Virus record (IMG/VR): IMGVR_UViG_3300027752_000013
Coordinates: 2,850 to 66,849 of that record
Source of the DNA: a virus
Taxonomy: Duplodnaviria > Caudoviricetes
Strand: one strand, 5' to 3'
Length of the DNA stretch: 64,000 nt
In this document: piece after piece, positions 10,266-18,786 of the stretch
Layout of the letters: each line of letters starts with the position of its first letter
Numbering within the stretch: the stretch's first letter is position 1
The notes under the pieces: generated by a model
Database searches by the model: none
What the model was told of the DNA's origin: nothing
What the model saw: only the letters and a program-made list of their open reading frames with translations
Position numbers and translations under genes: made by a program

Positions 10266-10852
10266 ACTACGGTTTCTTTAAAGTGTTCATCTTCTGTACT
10301 TACTCCTTCTACTATCATATCACAGTAATCTGCTAATGTAGAATGCTTTACTCTGTGTTTATCTTGCTTGCATATAAAGTACTGACTGGTTTGCATATAC
10401 ATATAATCTGCATCCCTGTACTCATTAACATACATTCTAGTTGCTTTATGCACTTCTTCCCATGTATGATCATATGTTTCAAAGAACCATCTAAATGCTT
10501 CTCCTAAAGCTTTGACATTATTTCTTGCAGGTTTACCGCTTGGTAATTTTCTAGCAGGAAATACTTCTCTATAATCATTTATCTTTTCTACAAAGTCTTT
10601 ACCCATTAATTGGATATCAGTTTTCTTCTTAGCTTTGATAAAATAACTGTCTAGAGTTCCACATATAGCTAAAGCTTGTGGTGTCATAGTATACTGGCCT
10701 TCATTTAAATCTAGAAAGCCTTTTCTTACCAATGCATCTCTATCCTTTGATACTACCTCTGGTAAGGAGATTTTTTGCTTCATACCAAATAGGATCAAGC
10801 TCTGGTTTGGTGTCAGGTTTGCTTTCAGTATCTTTTGGAATAGTTCCCACAT
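10262..10852 (-). CDS. Hypothetical protein with N-terminal wHTH-like region; possible helicase loader/initiator
   Basis: Coupled to DnaB; LVRKGFL wing-like motif. Confidence 0.5.
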   Translation of the reverse strand: MWELFQKILKANLTPNQSLILFGMKQKISLPEVVSKDRDALVRKGFLDLNEGQYTMTPQALAICGTLDSYFIKAKKKTDIQLMGKDFVEKINDYREVFPARKLPSGKPARNNVKALGEAFRWFFETYDHTWEEVHKATRMYVNEYRDADYMYMQTSQYFICKQDKHRVKHSTLADYCDMIVEGVSTEDEHFKETVV

Positions 10853-11267
10853 AATCTTCTAATTGTTTTAAAGTGTTATCATAAGCATGCATAACTGTTT
10901 TATCATTGCTGAAAAACCCATTCTCAACCATTTTACATGAATTGATAATAGTTGCATGATTGCGTTTAAGAAATTTTCCTATACTTGTTTTACTATGACC
11001 TTCTTTATGGGCCAAGTAAGACATTACTTGTACATATACAAGATAATCTCTGAATCTAGTTCTATTTTGTAAAGTTTTAATTTTACTAAATCTAGGTTGG
11101 TCTTCATGTAATGCAGTTAAAGCAGCATCATGAAATATATCTAACGGTACTTTTTTATTTTTTTCTTGGGGAGTGTAAATATACAATTTTACTCCGTAAG
11201 TTTCATAAAAAGTCTTCTTAAAATCAGATATCTCTATCTTCTGGTTAAGTTCCTGGTTAGTAGTCAT
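10740..11267 (-). CDS. Protein with DnaA domain IV-like HTH
   Basis: SKTSIGKFLKRNHATIINSC resembles the DnaA C-terminal signature (SLxxIGxxFxxRDHTTVxxA). Confidence 0.7.
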   Translation of the reverse strand: MTTNQELNQKIEISDFKKTFYETYGVKLYIYTPQEKNKKVPLDIFHDAALTALHEDQPRFSKIKTLQNRTRFRDYLVYVQVMSYLAHKEGHSKTSIGKFLKRNHATIINSCKMVENGFFSNDKTVMHAYDNTLKQLEDYVGTIPKDTESKPDTKPELDPIWYEAKNLLTRGSIKG

Positions 11268-11289
11268 TTAAGTTATATTTTAAGGTTAT

Positions 11290-11297
11290 CAAAGGTA
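11290..11297 (-). promoter_or_regulatory. Bacteroidota sigma-A -7 element (TAnnTTTG)
   Basis: Minus strand TACCTTTG about 23 nt upstream of ATG 11267. Confidence 0.55.
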
Positions 11298-11304
11298 ATA
11301 AAAT

Positions 11305-11991
11305 CTACCATTCTATGCAAGTTTCACCTTGCTTTTCTAGTTCTAGATTGGCTTTCTTAAATACGTCATTACAGTCCCATTCACCACCTCTATATGCGGC
11401 AGATGCAGGATGTGCACATTTAAGTATTTTACAGTTAGGAAGTAAAGTTTGCCAAGCTTCAGCTTTTTTACCCATTAATATAAAAACAGTGTTTTTGTTA
11501 TGTCTATTAATGTTTTCAAAAATGTATTCTGTAAAGTTTTTCCATATAGCATAATGAGATCCTATTTTATTTATCTCACAAGTAAATGCTGTATTAATTA
11601 ATAGTACACCCTGGTTAGACCAACGTCTTAAATCATTATTATAATCTTCATATTCTCCATAAAGAGCTTTAAAGATATATTGTAATGACTTTTCTGTTTT
11701 GCCTTTCCTACTACAACTAAATGCAATTCCGTCAGCTACACCTAGCTGAGGATACGGGTCTTGTCCTACTATAACAACTTTCATTTTATCATAAGGGCAT
11801 TCATGAAATCCATTAAATACATCTTTAAACTTAGGTGTAAAACGTTTACCGTTTTCTACATGTTCTATTAGTGTATTCATTATATGATCAAAGCTTAAAC
11901 CATTTACATATGGTGAAAGCATACGGTCCCAGCCGCTTTCTTCTAATTTATTATTTAAATTATCTCTTAAGATATTTATGTCTATTTCCAT
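11305..11991 (-). CDS. ung: Uracil-DNA glycosylase, family 1
   Basis: GQDPYP, ADGIAFS, QGVLLIN, AHPAS. Confidence 0.93.
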   Translation of the reverse strand: MEIDINILRDNLNNKLEESGWDRMLSPYVNGLSFDHIMNTLIEHVENGKRFTPKFKDVFNGFHECPYDKMKVVIVGQDPYPQLGVADGIAFSCSRKGKTEKSLQYIFKALYGEYEDYNNDLRRWSNQGVLLINTAFTCEINKIGSHYAIWKNFTEYIFENINRHNKNTVFILMGKKAEAWQTLLPNCKILKCAHPASAAYRGGEWDCNDVFKKANLELEKQGETCIEW

Positions 11992-12010
11992 TTTTATTGT
12001 TAATTTATAG

Positions 12011-12018
12011 TATATTTG
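12011..12018 (+). promoter_or_regulatory. Bacteroidota sigma-A -7 element
   Basis: TATATTTG about 18 nt upstream of ATG 12037. Confidence 0.5.
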
Positions 12019-12036
12019 TTTATTAAATCTATTATT

Positions 12037-12462
12037 ATGGCAGGAGAAAAACTTTTAACTTATGATCAGTGGGATTATAAAGATGTAGTCAAAAACCTTG
12101 AATTATCCACAGTATATATTGTTTCATTACAAAACATTATTACTGATATGATACACAGTGCTGATAGAGTTAGCACTATAGGTAAAACTTTTAAAAAGTT
12201 TGACAAAATTACTGAGCAACACGAAAAAGGAACTAATCCAATGGAAGGTGTAGATCTAGATAATTGGGAAAAACAAATTTATACTCTTTTTTCAATGCTA
12301 CAAACAATAAAGGTAGCAGCATATGATCAAAAGCTAAACAAACCTACCAAAACAACTGCAACTAATGAGGATCTTAAAGAAGCCACTAGGCTAATGATGG
12401 AAGGCAGTGAAGAAGCGCAAGTAAAGCTAGAAGAAATTCAAAAAAGAATAACTCTAGCGTAA
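12037..12462 (+). CDS. Hypothetical helical protein; sole plus-strand gene in the left arm
   Basis: Fills the gap between two minus-strand genes; ATG 12037 preferred over TTG 12016. Confidence 0.65.
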   Translation: MAGEKLLTYDQWDYKDVVKNLELSTVYIVSLQNIITDMIHSADRVSTIGKTFKKFDKITEQHEKGTNPMEGVDLDNWEKQIYTLFSMLQTIKVAAYDQKLNKPTKTTATNEDLKEATRLMMEGSEEAQVKLEEIQKRITLA

Positions 12463-12837
12463 TTGCATACCATTAAAATCTCCTATTTCTATACAAGATT
12501 GTATAGCTAAATTTAATTCATCTTTATCACAGTCTGCAAATGACTTACAGTATTTTTGCTTGTCTATTACGAAACTTAATCCTGAAGCTCTTTTCACTTC
12601 AATTTTGGCTTCTTCAAAGGTGTAACCAATTTCTTGTGCTATTTCTCTAATCATTGCATGAAGACGTGCTAGTTGTGGGTTACTACCCTTAGCACCACTT
12701 ACACCAATAAAGATCTCCAGATTAGATCCTTCTTCAAGTTGTTCAAAGAATTTTCTATACTTGGTTCCCATAGCTTTAATAGGAAAATGTAATTGACCAT
12801 CCTTAACTGATGCTTTTATATATAAGTTATCTTTCAT
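12454..12837 (-). CDS. Hypothetical protein, NinB/Orf-like
   Basis: SNPQLARLHAMIREIA...KSFADCDKDEL pattern similar to the NinB family. Confidence 0.45.
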   Translation of the reverse strand: MKDNLYIKASVKDGQLHFPIKAMGTKYRKFFEQLEEGSNLEIFIGVSGAKGSNPQLARLHAMIREIAQEIGYTFEEAKIEVKRASGLSFVIDKQKYCKSFADCDKDELNLAIQSCIEIGDFNGMQLR

Positions 12838-12980
12838 ATTATATTATATATACTTACAACTCCTAAACTTAATATTCCTATTATTATTATCCAAAAACAA
12901 CCTTTGTAAACCTTTTCCATTTTTTCAGGTGATCTTCCTTGGTTGCTTCTATACTGTCTTTCTTTATTAATCTGTTTCAT
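12834..12980 (-). CDS. Small membrane protein (48 aa, not in ORF track)
   Basis: MKQINKERQYRSNQGRSPEKMEKVYKGCFWIIIIGILSLGVVSIYNII; ATGA overlap with the next gene. Confidence 0.55.
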   Translation of the reverse strand: MKQINKERQYRSNQGRSPEKMEKVYKGCFWIIIIGILSLGVVSIYNII

Positions 12981-13125
12981 CTTGATTGTTTTTTAGTGGA
13001 ACAAATGATAAATAATCAGGATCATGAGGGTCTACTTCTACTCCGTAGACACTTACCCATCTGCCTTCATCAAATATATATCTTCTTCCGTTAACTGTTT
13101 TTGTTTGTTGTTCATTATTGTTCAT
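12967..13125 (-). CDS. Small hypothetical protein (52 aa, not in ORF track)
   Basis: MNNNEQQTKTVNGRRYIFDEGRWVSVYG...; fills the gap with short overlaps. Confidence 0.5.
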   Translation of the reverse strand: MNNNEQQTKTVNGRRYIFDEGRWVSVYGVEVDPHDPDYLSFVPLKNNQDETD

Positions 13126-13363
13126 GATGTTCTAATATTTTTTCTTCTATATCTTCTTCTAGTAAATCTTGTATGTCTACTCTAACCTCTAGACCATTTT
13201 TGTCTAGTGCTATATACCATACATGCATTATTTGAGCTGTTGGTCCATAACCAGGAGTTCCTGGATCACCATTAGAATCATACCATTGATCAGGTTCCCC
13301 TTCATAATAGTTATATTCTACTTCAACTGTTTCACCTGTGTTTGTAATATATTCTCTTTCCAT
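13115..13363 (-). CDS. Small highly acidic protein
   Basis: 82 aa, 21 D/E versus 4 K/R. Confidence 0.6.
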   Translation of the reverse strand: MEREYITNTGETVEVEYNYYEGEPDQWYDSNGDPGTPGYGPTAQIMHVWYIALDKNGLEVRVDIQDLLEEDIEEKILEHHEQ

Positions 13364-13617
13364 TACAAAAATCTTAGTGCTCCTCCATCAACGTAAACAA
13401 ACTCTTGAGCACACTCAGTGCATTTGGCGTTTGATTCATTACGTAATAATGATGGCATGTTACAGTTTGGACAAGGTGTTTCACCTTCTTCTATATATTC
13501 TTCAATTGCTTTTCTAGCATAGCTGTGTATCATAGAGTCATGAACACCTTTATAAAAAGTGTTGTCTGCCTCCATTTCATTTTGTTGCTCTATAAAGAGC
13601 TCTTTCATTCTTCCCAT
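13363..13617 (-). CDS. Small zinc-ribbon protein
   Basis: CPNC...CTEC. Confidence 0.65.
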   Translation of the reverse strand: MGRMKELFIEQQNEMEADNTFYKGVHDSMIHSYARKAIEEYIEEGETPCPNCNMPSLLRNESNAKCTECAQEFVYVDGGALRFL

Positions 13618-13621
13618 AATG

Positions 13622-14779
13622 TTATTTTTTTAGTGGATTATAATAAGTAATTTTTGTTTGATCAAATCCTTTAACTGCATCACCTACCCATTTCTCATCT
13701 TGTGTACCTTTGTACATAAGTATGTGACATGTAGCTGTCTCAGTTGGATTTAACCTGAGTAATCTTCCAATTCTTTGTGCTGTTTTTCTTTCATTACCAT
13801 ATGCATGCATAATAATACCAGCTTTTAAGTTTGGTATACTAACACCTTCTGATAATTGTAATACACAAGATAATTTATCTATCCTGTTATCAGAGAATAA
13901 CTCAAGGTTCTCCTCTGACTTAGGATTTTTAGAATGATAACTATGCTTGCATATTCTGTCTGCTTGTTTTTGGGTATTAGCAAATACAATACATTTAGTA
14001 CTGACATTACTGAGTATACCTTTAACATAACTCTCTTTACTTGCATAATCCATTAGAGCTCTCATCCGCATAATTCTTCCAAACTGTATTTGTTTTTCAG
14101 TGTTAGCTTCTGCTAGTCTATTGGTAACATAGTCATAATCCTTCTTTTCTGATGTATACCAGAAACCACCTGCCTTGTTTTTCTTCTTTAAAGAAGGTAA
14201 CTTAGACAACTCCAACTCATGTATAACAATCTTGTAATCATTTAAGATGTTAGAGTTAGTTGCATCATCCGTTGTAAATGTAAATTTAATTGGACAATAC
14301 TTATTTACCATCATACCTTTCTCAGTATTAAGGCCTTTTGGTGGTGTACCTGTCAATCCTAATATTCTTCCATAAAATCTATGCAAAAATAATTCATGAG
14401 AATACTTAAGTGAGTGACACTCATCTAAATATAATATGCTATAGTCTTGAGGTTCTTGTTTTTTAAGTGATAAATAGGTTGTAAAATCTATATGATCTAT
14501 CAAATTTGTTAGATTCATTTTATCTAGTTCATCAAGCCATGCTTGTTTAACTGATAACTTTGGTACTACTACTAGTACTTTGATTAACGGGTCATAGTAT
14601 TTCTGAAGGTGTTGTATTGCTATTCTAGTTTTACCTACACCCATGGATATACCCAAACCACATCTTTTATGTTGTTCTGTTATTGTTAATGCATCTGACT
14701 GAACTATCTCTCTATTGGAAATAGTCTCAGGAGTATTGTTTGCCATAATATTATTGTTATTGATAAAATAATTGTCCAA
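13622..14779 (-). CDS. Superfamily 2 helicase (DExH); true start probably about 14746
   Basis: MGVGKT, LDECH, GLTGT, SEGVSIP, QRIGRLLR. Confidence 0.88.
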   Translation of the reverse strand: MDNYFINNNNIMANNTPETISNREIVQSDALTITEQHKRCGLGISMGVGKTRIAIQHLQKYYDPLIKVLVVVPKLSVKQAWLDELDKMNLTNLIDHIDFTTYLSLKKQEPQDYSILYLDECHSLKYSHELFLHRFYGRILGLTGTPPKGLNTEKGMMVNKYCPIKFTFTTDDATNSNILNDYKIVIHELELSKLPSLKKKNKAGGFWYTSEKKDYDYVTNRLAEANTEKQIQFGRIMRMRALMDYASKESYVKGILSNVSTKCIVFANTQKQADRICKHSYHSKNPKSEENLELFSDNRIDKLSCVLQLSEGVSIPNLKAGIIMHAYGNERKTAQRIGRLLRLNPTETATCHILMYKGTQDEKWVGDAVKGFDQTKITYYNPLKK

Positions 14780-14837
14780 GCTACTATCTTAAGTAACCTG
14801 TCTTTGTGATTTTGTTTCATAAAATTGTTTTTAAAGG

Positions 14838-14911
14838 TGGACCCTATAGGACTTGAACCTATGACCTAATCATTATGAGTGATTTGCTCTAACCAACTGA
14901 GCTAAGAGTCC
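14838..14911 (-). tRNA. tRNA with CAT anticodon, probably tRNA-Ile2 (lysidine) rather than Met
   Basis: GGACTCTTAGCTCAGTTGGTTAGAGC-AAATCA-CTCATAA-TGATT...GGTTCAAGTCC...GGGTCCA; G1:C72, C4:G69, no initiator features. Confidence 0.88.
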
Positions 14912-14916
14912 TGGAG

Positions 14917-14990
14917 TGATCCCACTAGGATTTGAACCTAGAACCTACACCTTAGAAGGGTGTTGCTCTATCCAGTTGAGCTATAGGACC
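14917..14990 (-). tRNA. tRNA-Arg(TCT)
   Basis: GGTCCTATAGCTCAACTGGATAGAGC-A-ACACC-CTTCTAA-GGTGT...GGTTCAAATCC...GGGATCA cloverleaf. Confidence 0.92.
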
Positions 14991-14996
14991 ATATTA

Positions 14997-15266
14997 CTAT
15001 GTTCTAGAGCCTGAAAATCCTAATTCATAAGATTCTTCTGGGTGTTCTTCTATCCACATGTGACAGTTTCTACAAACTGGTAACCATGTTGATGTATCTA
15101 AGTGATATATACCACGACCATGTTTATGATGTACATCAGTAGCCTGCACAGAACACTTATGGATCTTTGCATGACATACAGGTTTGTCTGTTAAATACTG
15201 CTTACGCAATTTGCTATAAGCAGTATTTATTTTAGACATTTTACTTGAGACTTTTTTAATTCTCAT
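14997..15266 (-). CDS. Small HNH-family nuclease
   Basis: C..C..ATDVHH..GRG...W..VCRNCH..I. Confidence 0.75.
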   Translation of the reverse strand: MRIKKVSSKMSKINTAYSKLRKQYLTDKPVCHAKIHKCSVQATDVHHKHGRGIYHLDTSTWLPVCRNCHMWIEEHPEESYELGFSGSRT

Positions 15267-15783
15267 TTGGTTTAATTGTAAAATAATTATTAGGTAACAA
15301 CCCTACAGACATAAATTTAAGTATAATATCTTCATAAGATATACCCAAGTCTTTAAATGTCATAGTGTTCTGGTAATCATCTAAGGTTTCATTAGCCGGA
15401 ATATCAGCTATAAATAAAGCTAATGGGCTATTTGGAAACGTCCTTCTAAGATAAGTATTTATTCTTTTGTTACAAAGAGTTTGTTTCCATGCATTGATTT
15501 CTCTTTGCCCACGCTTCCAAACTTTTGAAATGCGTCTCTTCTTATCCCAGTGTAGTTTAGTAACTTCTTCAGGTTTATAAACATTAAGGCCATGCAACAC
15601 ACGTTTAAATAAAAAATGTTGATATGGATTAAGTTTAATATACTCAAAAGAGTTAATGATTGATGGTGGATGTAATTGATATTCATCCAGCAATCCTAAG
15701 TATTGATAGCGCTCAATACGCTTACTTAGTAGATCTTGTTTTTCATTGAGTTTTAGTTTTGAAATTTGTTCATTAGATAGCAT
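15256..15783 (-). CDS. Hypothetical protein
   Basis: 175-aa ORF overlapping the HNH gene start. Confidence 0.6.
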   Translation of the reverse strand: MLSNEQISKLKLNEKQDLLSKRIERYQYLGLLDEYQLHPPSIINSFEYIKLNPYQHFLFKRVLHGLNVYKPEEVTKLHWDKKRRISKVWKRGQREINAWKQTLCNKRINTYLRRTFPNSPLALFIADIPANETLDDYQNTMTFKDLGISYEDIILKFMSVGLLPNNYFTIKPNEN

Positions 15784-15821
15784 ACTTGTTTGATTTTAGT
15801 TATGAAATTTAGTAAGAGAAA

Positions 15822-15862
15822 TGTTATTTAGGCTGAGGTTTTTACACCCCAGCCTTATAACA
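15822..15862 (-). terminator. Hairpin downstream of 15869..16450 (terminator or processing site)
   Basis: TGTTAT..AGGCTGAGGT / ACCCCAGCCT.ATAACA inverted repeat; weak U tract. Confidence 0.45.
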
Positions 15863-15868
15863 ATTTAA

Positions 15869-16450
15869 TTATAGGTCAAAAGTTTCAGCTTCTTCTTCAA
15901 GAACTTCATCTTCTGTTTCTACTTCATCAACTACTTCTTCATCTACTATCTCATCTTCTACTTGTTTGAGACCAAACGCTTCTGCAGTTGTTGCATTTTT
16001 AACTTTAGATTTTTTTACTAAGTTAAAAGCTGTTTCATTTGCTGCACGGATTGCATCACCATTATTGTGATCTAATAGAACATCCTCTCTTGTTTGATCA
16101 AGGGTATACTCTGTTTTCCTATAAATAGGTTGTCCGTCTTGACAGCATATGATACCGGTATTACCAGCATATTTTAAATCTCTATCAGGGTCAGATGAAT
16201 TAAATGGTTCAAATGATTCAACTACAACAATTTTACCTGGTATTGTTTTACCTAATTGTTTAGCGTACTCTGTTAATACATCAGTGTTACCTAATATAAG
16301 AGTTGATAGATTTCTTGGCTTTAACCAGCCACCTTTTCCAATTGTGGTACTTTTGTACCCTAATGTAATGTATCCATACTCTGGATTGTTTTTGCTTAAG
16401 CGTACAACATTACCCATGTCATCAGCTAGTACTTCTACTTGATTTTGCAT
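15869..16450 (-). CDS. Hypothetical protein with long acidic tail; paralog of 20677..21159
   Basis: Shared blocks YGYI, GW, LST, GKIVVxES, KYAGxTG, PIYR, HxNG; tail ends EEEAETFDL. Confidence 0.75.
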   Translation of the reverse strand: MQNQVEVLADDMGNVVRLSKNNPEYGYITLGYKSTTIGKGGWLKPRNLSTLILGNTDVLTEYAKQLGKTIPGKIVVVESFEPFNSSDPDRDLKYAGNTGIICCQDGQPIYRKTEYTLDQTREDVLLDHNNGDAIRAANETAFNLVKKSKVKNATTAEAFGLKQVEDEIVDEEVVDEVETEDEVLEEEAETFDL

Positions 16451-16494
16451 TTTTAATAAAATTTAATGATTAATAAAATAATTGTTTTTGATGA

Positions 16495-16767
16495 TTAACT
16501 ATCATCTGAGTGAAAATACGGGTCTTCTAGTTTTTCATAAGCTTCAATTTCATCTAGTGCTGGTTCATACTCCTCAACATCTTCTGTTGAGTCATCTGAT
16601 TCAGCTTTTCCAGAGTGTTTTGCAAACTTATTATACCATGGATCACCCACTTCCTTTGTATATGCAGAGCTAAGGCCATTAAGATCATTGTACTCTTCAT
16701 CAGAGAGAGAAAGGTACTGTTCTAGAGAACATTCTATTATGCGGCCATTAGGAAGTTGTATTATCAT
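16495..16767 (-). CDS. Small highly acidic protein
   Basis: 90 aa with about 24 D/E; preceded by a TATCTTTG promoter element. Confidence 0.65.
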   Translation of the reverse strand: MIIQLPNGRIIECSLEQYLSLSDEEYNDLNGLSSAYTKEVGDPWYNKFAKHSGKAESDDSTEDVEEYEPALDEIEAYEKLEDPYFHSDDS

Positions 16768-16786
16768 TATCTTATTAAATGTTTAT

Positions 16787-16794
16787 CAAAGATA
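16787..16794 (-). promoter_or_regulatory. Bacteroidota sigma-A -7 element
   Basis: Minus strand TATCTTTG about 20 nt upstream of ATG 16767. Confidence 0.55.
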
Positions 16795-16877
16795 ATAATA
16801 TAACTTAACCTGTGTCAGAAATATAAAATGTATTTGGACTTAACTCAAAAATAAAAAGCATAAATATAGCTAACGCA

Positions 16878-17126
16878 CTATAATATTGTTAGTTTATGAC
16901 CTACTCTTTTTATGTATTTATGTAATTTCAGCTCTTTTATCCATCTTTTGACAGATGTTTGACTTGAGCCACAGTCATCTGCTAGCGTACTTATGGACGG
17001 CCAGCAAATTCTATTCTTATTAGCATAACAGCATAATATACTGTATAGACCCTTAGCTTGTATTGACAATTCAGGATCAGTACAGACAATATGCTTAACT
17101 ATACCAAATCTATCTAATTTCTTCAA
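16878..17126 (-). CDS. Stand-alone winged HTH (phage replication-initiator N-terminal type)
   Basis: LSIQAKGLY...CWPSISTLA..CGSSQTSVKRWIKEL...YI. Confidence 0.75.
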   Translation of the reverse strand: MKKLDRFGIVKHIVCTDPELSIQAKGLYSILCCYANKNRICWPSISTLADDCGSSQTSVKRWIKELKLHKYIKRVGHKLTIL

Positions 17127-17322
17127 CGTGATTTTTAAGTATGATCAGCATGGCCCTATTGGTATCAGGCTCATTCTCTAGATCTTTCTCTCTAAAAGCA
17201 TATTTGTCTTGCATATACTTACCAAAAGGAATATTCTTCCCTCCAGCTTTTTTAAGAGATTCATCCATCTCACCCCACGATTTTTGTTCTGTGTGTAATA
17301 ACTCCATTGATATCTTAGCCAT
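17110..17322 (-). CDS. Hypothetical protein
   Basis: 70-aa ORF overlapping neighbours. Confidence 0.55.
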   Translation of the reverse strand: MAKISMELLHTEQKSWGEMDESLKKAGGKNIPFGKYMQDKYAFREKDLENEPDTNRAMLIILKNHVEEIR

Positions 17323-17845
17323 TTTCTTCTAATTTTAATTCAGTTTGATATTCTTCTTTAAGGAAAGGTATAAATCTTCTGTTTATATATGTAGCATGCA
17401 AAGGACTTACTTGAGCTTCAACATGTTTACACGCTTTGTGCTCATCATGATACATCAAGTTAACTTTTATGTGACTATGAAACGGATTATATGGATCACT
17501 GCCCCAAGATGTGTCATCTATAACACGTGCATATACATAATATTCACTATACTTATCTCCTTTACCTAAAAGACCCATGTCTTCTAGAATATCTATTTCA
17601 AATTCACTACCCTCATGATACTTTGGTGGTATCATTTTTACATAATCACCAATCTTAGTGGGTATAAAGGTTTTATCAGTTAACATAAGATGAACTACAG
17701 ATTCTAAAGCAGCCTCTGAAAGCTCTCTATGTAATATATCTTTTATTGAAGATAAGTTCTTTTGCTGTCTTACAGCACGCTTATCAAATAGGTTTTCTAA
17801 GATACCCTCAAGTATCTCTCCTTGTACGTTATATTGTTTTGCCAT
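17315..17845 (-). CDS. Hypothetical protein
   Basis: 176-aa ORF in the operon direction. Confidence 0.65.
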   Translation of the reverse strand: MAKQYNVQGEILEGILENLFDKRAVRQQKNLSSIKDILHRELSEAALESVVHLMLTDKTFIPTKIGDYVKMIPPKYHEGSEFEIDILEDMGLLGKGDKYSEYYVYARVIDDTSWGSDPYNPFHSHIKVNLMYHDEHKACKHVEAQVSPLHATYINRRFIPFLKEEYQTELKLEENG

Positions 17846-17996
17846 TGATTTTATATTATAATCATAGACTACACTGCAAACAAGTATGAAATGTAACAGT
17901 AATAGTCTATGATCTGATTAGGGACACAGCCTAACTACACTAGTGTTATTATAATATATAATTACTGGTGTTGTTAGTGGTCCGTATATGGTACTT

Positions 17997-18311
17997 TTAT
18001 TTTCTTCTTTGGAATATTATTGTCAATAATGGTAAATCTAACTCCCAATGGAAGTTGATCTTTCTCATGTATATACCGAAGCCAGTATTCCACTGACATT
18101 TCATTTTAGGTAAAAGATGAGTTGTTTTCATGTTTATAAGCCAGAAAACTGCATTAAAGAATGATATAATCCAAAAAGCAAACATAACGCCTACGCTTTC
18201 TGTTGATATTGTTCCATCACTAGCTAAAACTTCTATGAATACATAGGTTACAGATAGTGGAATGATAATTACGTAAAGTAATTTGATAAGATACTTTGAA
18301 ATTTGTTTCAT
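17997..18311 (-). CDS. Membrane protein (2 TM)
   Basis: LLYVIIIPLSVTYVFI and VMFAFWIISFFNAVFWLI. Confidence 0.65.
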   Translation of the reverse strand: MKQISKYLIKLLYVIIIPLSVTYVFIEVLASDGTISTESVGVMFAFWIISFFNAVFWLINMKTTHLLPKMKCQWNTGFGIYMRKINFHWELDLPLLTIIFQRRK

Positions 18312-18330
18312 GATTTAGTTATTTTTTTAA

Positions 18331-18786
18331 TTAATATAAAGTTATTGTGTCTTGATTATTGTAGCTGTCATTCATATCATGAGGATAGAGATAAAATCTA
18401 CCATCACCAAGAGGTGAATTAGCATCATTGAAGTGTACTGTTGCATTATCTATGTAAAGTAACGTGCTTATTACAACTGCGTCAGGATTACTTACTAAAC
18501 TTGTATCCATACAGTAAATAGTAAACTCATCCTCATTGTCACATTCTATACAAACAAGTTGCCAAGCATTATAACTAGCAATAAGTTTATCAGTTGCATT
18601 TACACCGTTACTGTCAGTAGACTCATACATAAAGTATGTCCATTGCAGTAATCCATTTGTATTTATGCCTTTAACAGCATATATTTCATATGATGTATTA
18701 CCAGGTGGTTTAAGTTGTTCAAGTTCTTCTTTTTGACAAGAAGTAAATGATAGCCCAATGAATAAGGATAAGATTAAATTTTTCAT
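18331..18786 (-). CDS. Lipoprotein, possibly surface exposed
   Basis: MKN-hydrophobic-FTSC lipobox followed by QKEE. Confidence 0.75.
   Translation of the reverse strand: MKNLILSLFIGLSFTSCQKEELEQLKPPGNTSYEIYAVKGINTNGLLQWTYFMYESTDSNGVNATDKLIASYNAWQLVCIECDNEDEFTIYCMDTSLVSNPDAVVISTLLYIDNATVHFNDANSPLGDGRFYLYPHDMNDSYNNQDTITLY

Noticed and set aside
12103-12111. Perfect DnaA box TTATCCACA near the DnaA-like gene
   Set aside because: Single copy inside a coding region; about one is expected by chance in 64 kb of AT-rich DNA
14800-14837. Theta/HDV-like ribozyme at the tRNA 3' trailer
   Set aside because: The trailer is a short AT-rich stretch leading straight into coding sequence, with no GC-rich pseudoknot
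728-17569. Short plus-strand ORFs in the left arm other than 12037..12462
   Set aside because: Fully antisense to well-supported genes, with no recognisable motifs
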